Source: Proteromonas lacertae
Lineage: Eukaryota
NCBI GenBank assembly: GCA_002245135.1
Contig: NGBS01000888.1
Location: 1-64,000 of the forward strand
Length of the DNA stretch: 64,000 nucleotides
Direction of reading: 5' to 3'
Of this stretch, positions 1-13,675 are shown in pieces (positions within the stretch are counted from its first letter, which is position 1; the number at the start of each line of letters is the position of its first letter). Both the position numbers and the translations under genes were made by a program. The notes below the pieces were generated by a model, which did not search any database, was not told the DNA's origin, and saw only the letters and a program-made list of their open reading frames with translations.

Positions 1-3000
1 CATTCACGATGTTTATAGGATATACCTCCACCACAAGAAGCACTACATAATGACCATTCACTCCATTCACTCCAACCACCATTTATACTTTCAGGAATAT
101 CACATAATTCACCTTTATAATTATCATTACATAAACACTTTCCATCTACACATTTACCATTTACACATTTTATTCTATCACATTCACCTATACTTGATTG
201 ACTGATTGTTATTACTTGACTTATTATATGATCAAAATTAGATCGATATCTTTCATCATTTAAGGTTTTATCCATAAATTCATATATCTTTTCTTTTGTT
301 AGATTCTCATCTTTATTTACATGAATTATCACTTTTTCACCATTTATATCTAATATTCCTTTACTTATATATCCATGAACATCTTTTACATACACAATTA
401 TTTCATTATCACCACATGGTAAATATACAGATATTGTATTACTCGATGAATATTGACTTTGCAATGAGATTTCTTCATTCTTATAAATATATGCAAATTT
501 ATAACTATAAGAATTACTTGGTAAATCACTATTCCAACCATCACTTGATAATTTGAATAATGTCTTTAATTCTGTTCCATTTCGATTTTCGGCAATTATA
601 TAACCAGAACTTGGACCATTATGAACTAATAATTCGATTACATTTGAAGATTTACCATATTTACTTATCACTGTACATTTTAAGTCATATTTATAACCTC
701 TAGTTAAACTATTAGGTTTTATCATTATTGTATTATTGTTATTTGAGGGTAATATAAATATATCATCAAATGATTTATCACTTTCTATTAAACTCCAATA
801 TAATTTTATCATCTATTCGACTTGGCTCTATTACAGCTGTTATTTCATACATTTCACTTGGTAAAATATATTCTTTTGATGTGGTTAAATGAATATCTGG
901 TGGTTGGCCTTCAATTATTGTTATTAATACAACATCTTTACTTATTCTACTCATTCCAAATGCTTCTTTACTTATTGTTAATTCAAATAAATAAGTTTCA
1001 CCAATTCTCAATATTCCTGATGGAATATACCATATTGAACTTTGAGGTGATATTATTGAAGATGGACAATTCTTACCCGTTTTGTAATTACTACATTTCC
1101 ATTCATAATTTAATTCACCATAGTCATTAAATGGATCTGATGGATCAATTGATAAACTTCCATTTAATATTAATTTATTATCACTTCCTACTTCACGGTT
1201 TCCATCTTTTATTATACAAGATAATTTCTTTGCTATTATATTCAATTCTATTGTTATATTCGACTTTATTGATGGATTTCCTTCAATATAAGTTGTAGCT
1301 GTTATATAATAAATATCAATTTCTAATGAAAACGATTTTATATAAAGTGTTTTATTATCATTTGTTAAGAAATTGTTTATATCGATTTTATCATTATTCA
1401 CATTATAAATATCCCAAATAAATCGAAAATCATTCTTATCTGTTTCATAACATTCAGGCCAATAACCACGAACTGTTAAATACATATCTTCATTATTTGA
1501 CATTTCTTTTATTGTTGAACCTTCTACACTTATTTCAGGAATTCCTATTGCTTTGACATGGAAATAATGAGATGTTATATTTGACATTGGATTTAAGTAA
1601 TTCTTTACTTTTAATGATAATTTATAATAACCTGGAGATAAGGTGTGAGATGGAATATTGACTATTTTACAGTTTATTCTATTACAATCTTCTATTATTT
1701 TATTGATTCTTTTCATCCATTGTATTTTCTGATTCAACTATATTGGTTATATTTTCTAAATACCATTTCATTTCACCATCTCTTCCTGCTGTTTGAGTTG
1801 TTAATCTTCCATCAAATCTTATATCACTACAATATGATATTGAAGTAAAACCACTTATTACTGGATAAGGAATTGGTAATTCATTGGGTAATAAAACATT
1901 TATACATCCACTTGAACCATATTTACTTGATAATGTGGATTTTATCATATTATCTATCAAATACAAGGATTTATTCTCATCACATTCATTATTATTAATA
2001 GATATATCTTCAGGTATTATTGTTGCACTTATTCCTAAAGTTATTCGAATTGAATTCTTTGAACTGAATTGACAATAACAACCATAACCTAAATTATTAT
2101 TATTAAACAATAATGAACAATCAACACTTCCATTTACATTATTATTCAATAATTCACTGTAAATATCTCGATCAAAATACACTAAAATTGATACTCCACT
2201 TGAAGAGAATTGACTGGATATCATCTTAGGAACAGATTCTCGCAAACTTATTATAATCTTTCCTGTTGAATATAATATACTATTCTCACTTCCTTTTATT
2301 CCTCGATTTCCATCTTCATTTAATTCTATTACACTATTCTCATTTATTTCACTGTTATAGTTTATATTACCTAGGTATATATTCATCTCATTATTTGATA
2401 TCCATTCACAACTACTATTCATTCCTAATAATAACATTGTCTTATTACTAAATAAACCATTACAATCATACTTTCGATATTTGCCCATATCATTTACATA
2501 GCAATCACTATCAAATACTAACTTTATTATATCATCAGATTCTTCTAATTTTGCTAATATCATTTTAGGTGGCTTTGTTATATCACTTATTATTTCATCT
2601 TTTATTATCAATTTCAATGTTGGAACACTCATATTTTTATAATTTACATCATTTGAATTGACTTTAAATCCGATTGAACTACCAAATGGATAAATATAAA
2701 AACTATTACTTATGTATTTCACTTCTATCTCTTTTTCAACATTATAATTATCTCCATTAAATAAGATTGAACTTTCATTTAACAATATCAACGTTTCATC
2801 ATAATTAAACTGAATTTCTACTGAATCTGATGGTTTGGTTGATAATCTTAAACTGAATGTTGCTTTATAATTTATATTATTATTATTATTATTATTATTG
2901 GTATATAACTGTAATAGATTCTTTGATAATATCAATTCAGCTTTATCATTTTCTATTATTTCAAATACAAAATCATCGATTTTTATATTATTATAAAATA

Positions 3001-6000
3001 TATCATTACTTTGACTTATAAAACCAATTACACCATTCATATTCTCATTCTTTACTTCATTATCACTTTCACTCTTTATATTTAATACTTTTGGAATAAA
3101 CCATTCATCGGCTTTTATTATTATTAATCCATCTTCATTCTCATTCTCATTTGTTGTTGAACATTTTATATTTGAACTACACATATAATATAATCTAATT
3201 ATATCATTTGGTTTACTATTTAATATCAGATTTACATATCCATTATTATTCTCATAAAATGGATTTGCTAAATAAGAAACTACACTTATTGAGGGAATTG
3301 TTACATCATGAATTGAGATTATTGTGGGAATTATTTCTTGATTATTATAGATTTCATCATTACTCTTTAATTCATATCTTATTTCTTCACTATAATTACC
3401 TCGAGCTATTACATCTTCATATACACTTATTATCATTCGAATCTTATTATTGTAATTTATTGGATTAAATCGAATCTTTAAATCATTTTCATTTTCATTA
3501 TTCTCTATCTTACAATCGATTGAAGATGGACAATGAATATAAACATCTACTGAACTTGTTGGTCTTTCACTTAAATAGTAGAATATTTCTCCTTTTTCAC
3601 CTTCTTTTATATAATCAAATATTTTATTTTCTACTATTAATGTTGATATTAAATCATATATTTTCATTTCACTTAGATATAACACTATACTTTTAAACGT
3701 TGAATCACCATCAGTCTGATAACTTATATAATACAAATCTTTATTTCCATCACTTAATAATGATTTTGATGGATTAATCTTCACTTCAATTGTTTCATTC
3801 CAATTTGAATTATCAAATATTATTGTTGATTGGCTTGTACTTATTCGATTATCAGATACTTCTATTTTTATTGAATAAGCTGTTTCTGGTTTACAACCTA
3901 AAGAGATTCGAATTATTCCATCTAAAGTCTCATAAAATGGAACTGGGAAATAGTATTTTATATCCACTGAAGCTACATCGATATTATTTATCATTATTTC
4001 ATCATTTTCTAATACTATTGAGTTATATTTTACATCTATTGAACTGACTGTATAGCTTATTATCACTTTTGAATTACCATATTGAATATTATCATGAGTT
4101 GATTCATAATCTATTAAATATTGACTATTCCAACCATTTTCTAATATATCTATATTATTACTACTACTTATTAACTTAACATTCTTATTCTCATTTATCA
4201 TATTTATTGAGATTGTTACTGGATTTGTTGGTTTCGAAGTTAATTTGTATAAGATTGGACATTTCTCACCTTCATTTATCTCATTTTTACATTTTCTTTC
4301 TATTTCTATTCCACTTTTATCTATATTCTCTATTGTTAAATCAACATTTGGAATGGTTATTACTTTATAATCATTATCAACTGTATTGATGCTTTGTTTT
4401 ATCTCAATTATTTCATTCATTGTGTCTATATAATTATGATCAACTCTTAATTCGATTTTATGATTTATATTCCATTCATTACTTATTATTATTACGGAAC
4501 TTGCAATATTGATTGTATTGTATAAACAATTTTCGATTGATAGTCTGATTTCTACTGAAGATGAAGGTATTGTTGTTAATTTATAATTCAATTCACATTT
4601 TTCACCTTCTTTTATATTCCCATTACAGTTAGTTGTCATCACTATATTTGGAATATCATTATCTTTTATTGTTATTGAATGAGATGGAATACTCAATATT
4701 TCATAATCATTATCATCACTTCTTATTTCAAAATTTATCATATTTGATATATCGCCTGTTTTCTTATTATCTTCATTTGTACTTATTATTACTCTCTGTT
4801 TTATATTCCAATTATCATCATCAAATGATAATTTTTCTTCACTAAATATCAATGGTAAATCACTTACTCCATTATCACTAAAAATTATTTCTACATTCCA
4901 ATAGGGAATACTTGTTAAATAGAATGAATAACTACAATTATCACCTTCTATCAATGCATTAGTACAATCACTTTCATACATTATTTCAGCTTTATCAATA
5001 TCTTCAATACTTATATATAATGGATCAATATTTAGAGAATGATATCTTATATCATCACTTTCCATCTTTACTCTTATATTATATGGCATTATTCTATTTT
5101 CATTTACTCTTTTATCATGAATTAATGTCATATTTACTTTATATAAACTATTATAATTATTCATATTGAATATATGTTCATTATTACTACATAAGATTCT
5201 ATTCACATCACTACATTCGATTGTCAGTTTTACATCTTTATTTGGTTTTTCACTTAATACAAAACTATATTCTAATGTCTCATTCTCTTTTCCACTTCTA
5301 TCATAACTTGGCTTTATTAAATTCACATTTACATTATTCAATATTGAACTACAATAGATTTCTGGAGTTATTTCATAGGATATTAAACCACTTGTTTTAA
5401 ATGGAAGTAATATTGAATTGGGATATTTGAATTTCACTATATAACTTTGACTAACTCCAAAATTGATTATATTATATATTATCTCACTTTTACTTAATTC
5501 TATATAATCTTCACTCTTCATTTTTATTACTAAATCAGGATCAGCTGCATAATTTGTATTTATATCAACTTGGATTTCATCATTATTATTTAATGTTATT
5601 GCGGAGTTTATATTGCTTGTTATATATGGAATTGTTTGATATTCGATTGCATTTAAGACTATTCCATCATATACTGGATCAACTGTTGATAGTATTGATT
5701 TACTTATTATATTCTTATTTATTCCATTAGATGTACTTTCATAAGATAATCTTATATTATAAACATTGCTTAAACTAATTAATCGAACTTCTATGTAATG
5801 ATTTCCACTTTCTAAATTCACTTCAATTGATTCTTCAATAGAATTACTATTAAATATTCTTAATACATTATTCAAATCAATTAATAAAATACACCAACTA
5901 TTACATTGCAAATATAACTTATATAAACCACTAACAGAGATTTTTAAGGTAGAATAAACAGATACACCATAATTTGATATATCATTTAAACTTTTAGATA

Positions 6001-9000
6001 TTTCAAAATCACTTTCATAATATTCATTTATTCCTCTTTTTCTCCATTTTGAAACATCACTAAATCTTATATCATTCAAATTTCCTGAATATTTTATTTC
6101 ATTTATTGATTCATAATATTCAACTATTATACCTTTCTCATATCCATAAGATAAGGAGATTCTTTGAATTCCACTTACTCTGTCATCTTTCACTTTTAAT
6201 ATCGAACTAAAATCTGTTCCACCATTCGATACTTCAGATATCACATTGATTGTATTTGGAATTGTCATCTTTATATTATATTTATAATATGGCTTTGTTT
6301 TTGTTGTAAATCTTAAGCTATTTTCATCAGGATATCTCATCACAAAATTATTGGAATCATTGATTATATATTCTGCATTTGATAGATTGGAATTGACTCT
6401 TAAGGAATAATCTATTGGTTTTTCAATTATTACATTTTTATAAGGATTTTCATAGTATATTCCATTCAATATACAACTATTTGAGGATTTAGATAATTTC
6501 ATTTTATAGTTTTCATCATTTTCTATTATCATTTTTATTTCCATTTTATGAATTCCTATTTCCACATTTAAACTTATATCATTATCACAATTTCCATTAC
6601 ATCTAAATACTACTGTATTATCAACTAATATTTCACATTCATTCTCACTTATTAATCTCAATCTCATATTATCAATACAATCTGTATAAATATAACCACT
6701 CCATTTTATTCCTATTTTCTTTTCCACTAATAGATTTGGGATTAATTTATTATTATCATTCTTATCATAATCTATTATTATATTATTATTGGTGGATATA
6801 ACACTATTCTTATCTTTATAGACTTTATAATAATAATCATTACTTTCAAAATCAAATATATTACTTGGACTTAATCTCATCACATAATATTCAGCTAATA
6901 AACTGCCATATAATAATTCTGGAATATGATGAGTTATTCTCAAACTAGCTAAATTCAAAAATAATATATCTTCATCTTTCAATTCAAAACTCACTTTATG
7001 ACTTTGGGTGTTTTTATTTAATATAATCTTATTACTTGAACTTTTAAATACTTCTGGAACATCTAATTCCATTTCAACATCATTTTCTATATCATTCATA
7101 TTATAATTATAACTATATATCTTATTGTTACTCACATCCAATATATTGTTAGTATTATCACTTGAACCACTTATTATTATTTTATCATTATCAACTAATT
7201 GTAATGGAAGAATTAATCCACTATTATATTCAAAACTTGGATCTGTACATGATATGATATTCAACAAATTTACATAAGAAGTTCCAGTTGCATGACGATA
7301 TTTAATATCTATAAAACCTTCACTTCCTTTTTCATAGTTGTATAATATATCAATCTTATGATATCCTACACTCAAATAACCTGATGATATTTTAATTGTC
7401 ATTCCACTATTACTGTAACTTTCGATTGACATTAAACCATTCACATTTATTTCACAATTACTTCGACATTGCAATGAAAATACATAAACTTTTGCTATAT
7501 TTACTTTTATGAAGGTAATTATATGATATAATCTACCAGCTTCACTTAAACTAGAATCAGGATAATTCAAGTTAAAACTATCATAGAAATATTCATTTCT
7601 TTTCTCCCATCTTGGATCATCTAAATTTGGTTTACTTTCAAATCCAAATGGTGATGAATTAATTGTTCCATATTCTTCAACATATAATTTATTCTTACTT
7701 TTAACATCAATATACAAAAATGAATTGTTTAAACTATTCACTATTTTATCTTCAGCATAAGAAATAACAACATCATAATTATTAGTAGTTTTATCATACA
7801 CTAATTCATTATTACTACAGCTTAAGAATGGACCAGTTTGAAGTGATATAAATACTTTCAAATATATTTGGTCATTATTTATCAATGTTAACTTAATAGA
7901 TAATGAACTGCCTTCATTTACAGTATTGGATTTCATTGTTGCTTTAATTGAAGCTTTTGTAGTAGAAACATCAAGCATATTTTCAACAATTGGTTTTGGT
8001 TTATACAATAAAATACCTTCTTCTACATTATAGTTTACATTTGCACTGATAACCTGTTTGCCTTGTTATTCCACATATTCACTTTCTAATTCTAACTTTA
8101 CACATAAGTAGTTAAATACAGTATTATGCCATATATTTATCTGATGATATCCTTCTTCAATATATAGAACCAAGCACGTAACTGTATGCAATAGTCGTAG
8201 AATGATAACCGAACAGATTAGCTACCAATTCATTATCAATGAATAATGCCACAACTTTTAACACAAGTCAAATAGAATTGATAATAACCACTACAGGATG
8301 TATAATACATAGCCAGATACAAGTACTAGTATAAGCATAATAACTAATACTACTACTGGAAAGTCATACTACTTGTATCTATTGTATTAATACGATATTG
8401 ACCTAAAGAACCCCAAACTTGATGATGAAAGGTCAGGAATACCATGACATAATCAGAATAAATATTACCATTAAATCTATATGATCTTGTGTTAATTGCA
8501 ATTTACTAGTAGAAGTATGCTGCTATATATGGTATAACATATTCTTGTGGTGATATATATTGATGTATATCTTGTGTCTTTCTTATTGTTGTATAGCTAA
8601 ATACTGGAATACTAGATCCTTGTGCAGCATTAACAGTAATTTGACCAGGATTACATATAATTCCTTTAGTACACTTAAAATTATACTGAATATCACTCAT
8701 AATGTTTTTATTAAGTTGAAATTCTAAAGTATCAGTGATAGATCCAGAAATAGTAAAATCAGTAGCACTTGTTACCGCAATATCATAATCAACAACATGA
8801 TTCATAACAATTTCAATATTTGGATTTTTATTCAAATATATACTATCAATATGATAGAATAAGTTATTTTTATCAAATAAATCCAGAATATTTACATCTA
8901 CACATTTACCAGTAAGTGGGAAATGTAGTTTACTTATATTATAACTATATATTTCTAAATGATAATAGCCTTTATCAAAAGTTTTTATTTTCTCTTTGAC

Positions 9001-10282
9001 ACATGTAATACCTTCATAACAATACAATACTAATTCATTATCAATATAAACATAGAATCTATCATTATCACTTACATCATATTTCAATATATAATCAGCA
9101 TATCTTAAATTATAGAAATATGTATCAATATTTCCACCACATATAATACTAGACACACTGTTTACACTTGTTTCATCTATTCTTTTACCTTCAATTGTAT
9201 TACTATTAATTAAATTCCATCTACTTTTATCATTAAAATCAATCACTACTTGTGGTATAATTTTATTATTACTTAGCAATTGATAATAACTGAAAGTATA
9301 ACCTTTAGTATCAATAACTGGAACTAATTCTAATTTATATTTCTTATTAATATAATCTAATGGATCATTATAATATTTTAAATTAATATTTACATTACTA
9401 TACACAGTTGATGTAAATGAAATAGGTATAGAATCAGTAATACAATGAGGACCACAATAGATAGAATAATAAATAGTATAAATTGGAGCTTCAGTTAATG
9501 ATAATTGAAATGAATTACTACTACTTCCTGCATTATCTAAATCAACAATACTTTTTGATGTTATTATTTCACCATCTACGAGTTTTAATAATATTTCATT
9601 GTTTATATCTGATGTGATTGTATTATCATAGGATGGAACGGTTAAGTATTGATTTATTGCAACATACTCACTACTACCTGGAAATTGAACTAATACCATA
9701 TCTTTACCATTATTTGGATTTATTGCATCTAACTCAAAAGTATGTCGACTGCTGTCTAATAAGATAGATGCTGTTTTACTAACTGATGTATAATCGATTA
9801 CAATATTTCCATCTATTTTTAATCGAAGATAACTAGCTCCAGTCACTTGAAAACTATATTCTTGATTATTACCAACTTGACATCCTTCCATGTGAATTGC
9901 ATTTTGTAAATAATCATTGTTTTTATGCACTTTGAAGGAAGGAGAGACGATATCTTCTACTTCTATCCAATAAGAATTATCTGTAAATTCTGGGAATGAA
10001 CCATCGATCGTACCTTTGTGATAATAATATTTCCCAGCTACACCTCTGTTAGAATGCACTTTATAAGCTATCTTGTAGGTATTTGACACCAGAGAGCTTA
10101 ATGATATTGGGGCTCTTACTACAACATTCGCACCATCGTTCCAATTGGATGAAGTCAATTTAATCTCTGAACGTGAACATTCCAAATCAGTTGGACAATC
10201 TATTGATATAGAAACATAATCTGTTGGTGATTGACTTAATGTAAATTTAATATTCACATTTTTACCTATACTGAGATTTGTG
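1..10282. repeat. Left arm of >10 kb inverted duplication (partner 21174-31409)
   Basis: Position 1 pairs with 31409. The sequence is near-identical except at ~8020-8530 and ~8810-9580. The arm probably extends beyond the window start. Confidence 0.95.
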
Positions 10283-10401
10283 GGTGTATGTGAAACTAAT
10301 ACATTCGTTGAACCTATAGTATAAAAACCTATAAAAATAATACTAGTAAAACTGATAAGAATTAATATGATTAAAATTTTATTTAAAGAGTAATAAAACA
10401 T
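1..10401 (-). CDS. Giant polycystin-1/REJ-GPS-like surface receptor, copy 1 (runs off the window start; broken here by apparent indels)
   Basis: ORFs 8506-10401, 1700-8008 and 778-1737 are the reverse-complement match of 21201-31409. ATG at 10401 starts a hydrophobic signal peptide containing a 30-nt in-frame phase-1 GT-AG intron (10314-10343). Relative to copy 2 there are single extra bases in homopolymers at ~1710 and ~805, and an indel-rich stretch at ~8020-8530. Confidence 0.85.
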
Positions 10402-10592
10402 TTTCTGTTAAGAGAAAGAATAACTTTACTTTTCAGATTTGTATGTGTAGTAATATTTCTAATTGATTATCAAAGAATTTTAATTCAACTGTTATACAAA
10501 ATAAACTGTGTAATGTATGAATTTAAATTCATTTAAAGTATTTTTTCCCATCAAATAATCTGTACAAGTGAAAAAAGAAAATAAGTTATTAG

Positions 10593-11789
10593 TCAGTGAC
10601 GAATCGGTGATGATACTGATTCTACTTTGAAAATCTGCTGAACAGCGTCATGAACATTATTTACAACATACTTAGCAGGGTTCACAAGATCATTTCCCTC
10701 ACCATTGAAAATACCAGTTCTTACTAAAATTGAAGTCCAGTGTTTGCCAGCTTTGTTAGCTCCTTTTATATCTGAGTTAGGATTATCTCCAATACCATAA
10801 AAACGTTTTAACTATAATATAAAATGCAATTATACTGGAATTGGAGATAAATCATTTAACATCTTCTCTGCATAATTGTAAGTAGGTCTAGATGGTTTAC
10901 CATATGTTACTATTAATTTAAAATGAGTTATTAATACTAATATTTAAATCACTACCTGTTAATGATTTGAATATCTCTCTCAAACATCTTCCAAATGCTC
11001 CTCCAGCTAATCTGGGATATGCATAATTAGTACTAAACAATAAATCGTCATTAGATTGATAAATTGGTATTGCTTGACCAAATCCATGAGCTAATATATA
11101 ACAATAACAATATAAACTAATACTGCTAATCCTTCCTGCTGTTAATAAGTCTATACAAACTTGTAAGTCAGGATACCAATCATATGAATCAGAATAAATC
11201 ATTATTGCACTTATTGGTTCATTACAGTATTGACTATTTTTAGATTGATATGTTTTAAACGCATGTAAACGAGGGTGTTCTTGAATATATCCTGTTGTAT
11301 CAATAGATTTATAAAAACCATAGGATTTAGCAACATTTAGTGAATCTTTTGCTCCAATAATCTATATATACATATATAAATTATAAATTGTTTGTACTAA
11401 TATTCTACAATCTTTATATCTTTGTATTAGACTTTTATATGGTGTATGTGAGAGTAAAATTTGTGATTCATTTATAGGTACTCTTAGTTTTTCTGTTAAA
11501 TACTTTGCTTTTACTGATTCTGTCATACCACCTCCATTAGTAGCAAATATAAATGGAACTCTAAGAAATTAATCAAAAAAATACTTGAATTCATGTAACT
11601 GTTCAATAGTAGATGCAGCACCTGGAATTACATTTTCACCTTTCATCATCACTCCTATAGGAGTATAATTAAAATAAACATACCATCAATATCAAATATT
11701 ATTCCAAAATCCTTTCTTAATTCCCTAGATGTTATAGTTCTTTTGAAAGTCCTTATAGTTTGTTTTGTCAATCTAGCTAAACAAATCAT
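10593..11789 (-). CDS. HAD-superfamily class IIA hydrolase (HDHD5/CECR5-like), multi-exon, with possible mitochondrial/MRO presequence
   Basis: Spliced translation gives FGIIFDIDG-VMMKGENVIPGA, YGKP, GDNPNSDIKGANKAG..WTSILVRTG and PAKYVV. Several 24-36 nt GT-AG introns. Basic, acid-poor N-terminus MICLARLTKQTIRTFKRTITSR. TGA at 10593-10595. Confidence 0.85.
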
Positions 11790-11830
11790 TTCCCAAAAAC
11801 GAATGAAAAACTAGCGAGTAAATTGAAATT

Positions 11831-13029
11831 ATGAAAAGTGAAGTAGATAGTGAAGAAAATGAACTAAAAAAGAAAGCTGTATTTTTTAGTGCTTATTGTA
11901 CATAAAATAGAGGAGAGAGAAATTGCTTGATCCAAATAGATTAAAGATACTTTCAGAAAATATGTCAGATTTTCCTGAAGAGTTGAAACCAGAAGAAGAG
12001 GAATTGGTAAATGTTGATGAAAAGAATATTTCGAGAGTGAAAGAGTTATTTGAAACAGTAGCTCAGTCTCAAGATTTTCAGAAGAGAAACATATTATATT
12101 GGATAAGAAGAGTGAGTATAGTTGTTATTTTGTTTGGATTTTCATTAATGATATGTATTTTTTAAAATTATTATATAAATAGGTTTAAATCCACAAAATT
12201 TTTATTCTATTGATAAATTGTTTATTAAATTGTTGATGTTTTCATTTTTTTCATCCATATTATCAGTAGTTGTTTGTTCATCAGCATTTGGAATGAAATT
12301 TTCAATGTATGATATCTTTTCATATCTATTTTGAATTTATTTATTTCTTTAATATAAAGTTACATATGATAGGTACTAACTGGGTAGCTAAACTATTAAT
12401 ATCTCTATTAAATGTTCCACAATATATTGTTATAATAATTGACTTTGGCATTACATTCTACATTAGTTTATCAATCTTAGTATTTAGTTTGACTGCTATA
12501 ACAGCTTATCAAACATATATTCAAGATTATATCAATATATTCAATATAAGTGTAATTATCTCGATTGTTGTTGGAATTATTAGTTTTATTGTGATGATTA
12601 AGAGAAATAGAGATACAAGTAATAGAATTGAAGTAATTGTTGAATATTTATATTATGAATTATCACTCATTCCAGTTAGTGTAGAAGTAAAGTATAATTC
12701 ATATATATATATTAAAAAATTAATAGAAAAATGCTTAAAAAAGATAAAGATTCTGTAAATTGTAAAACAGATAAAAGAGCAGTTGAATATGAAGAGTTGC
12801 TAGAAAGAGTATGTAAATTGACAGAATATTTTGGAGATGATATAAAGCAATTCATTAAGAATAACAAGACAGCTATTTATAATAAATTAGAAAATGATGA
12901 AAGATTTAAAGTATTTGAAAAAGATGTAGAAAAGAAAGGTGAAGGTGAAAAAAAAGTAGGATCTTTTACAATGATGTATATATTTATCATATTTTATATA
13001 TTAGATGGGCTAAACCTGCAAAATTGTAG
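11831..13029 (+). CDS. Multi-pass membrane protein; C-terminus weakly resembles a MAN1/Src1-type winged-helix domain
   Basis: ORF pieces 11923, 12309 and 12731 are joined by GT-AG introns and one AT-AC intron (12312-12363). Several hydrophobic segments. Ends LENDERFKVF..GEG..MIWAKPAKL*. The family assignment is tentative. Confidence 0.6.
12312..12363 (+). other. U12-type (minor spliceosome) AT-AC intron, 52 nt
   Basis: 5' ATATCTTTT, branch-like TTCTTTAAT at 12345-12353, 3' AC. Removal joins ..FSMY-D-MIGTNW in frame. Confidence 0.85.
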
Positions 13030-13124
13030 AATATCATTAATTTTTATTATTATGGAATTTCATACTATGTTGTTTTTGTTATTCACTAATAATGAAAAGA
13101 AATAAATAAAATATATTTCTTATA

Positions 13125-13521
13125 TTAAAAAAATCCATTACTTCTACCATTACCATTGCCTGGATTGCCTGGTCCACTACCGTTTGATAAATCACTTAAT
13201 CCCATCACATTGCCTGTTGATCTATATCCTCTTGTATTACTGGTACTAGATGTACTTGCTTGATAAGTTTCATTACTTAACTTCCAATTTGTACGATTAA
13301 TAAAAAAGAAATAACCTATTGTTATTCCAAATATTAGAGCAACTGCTAATCTACCAATAAGTAATGCAGAAAGAGTAACGACAGTAATATAGGCGATTAT
13401 CTACAGTAAATGAATAAAATACTTTTGTTTTGGTTCCACAATTATGTGAACTAGCTGTATTGTTTATTTCATCTCTCAAGTCATGAAAATCCATATCATC
13501 AGTTTTGTTTTCGCTTGACAT
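13125..13521 (-). CDS. Small membrane protein with Gly/Asn/Ser-rich tail, function unknown
   Basis: ATG at 13521 and a 22-nt GT-AG intron (13401-13422) lead into a hydrophobic segment IIAYITVVTLSALLIGRLAVALIFGITIGYFFF, then ..GNVMGLSDLSNGSGPGNPG..GFF* (TAA 13125-13127). Confidence 0.65.
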
Positions 13522-13675
13522 AAAGAAGAAAAGAAAAAAAAGTAATTGACAAGTCAAAATTACTCACTTTTTTTGTTTTGTTATGAATAAGTTAAAACAA
13601 TAAAACTAATAAGAATGAAATGAAGAAGAATCATAAAAAGAAATAATAATAATAATAAAGCTAATTAAAGAATGT

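Noticed and set aside
296..4845. Many short Leu/His/Tyr-rich ORFs antisense to long genes (here and throughout the window)
   Set aside because: These are shadow frames of AT-rich coding strands, mostly with non-ATG starts.
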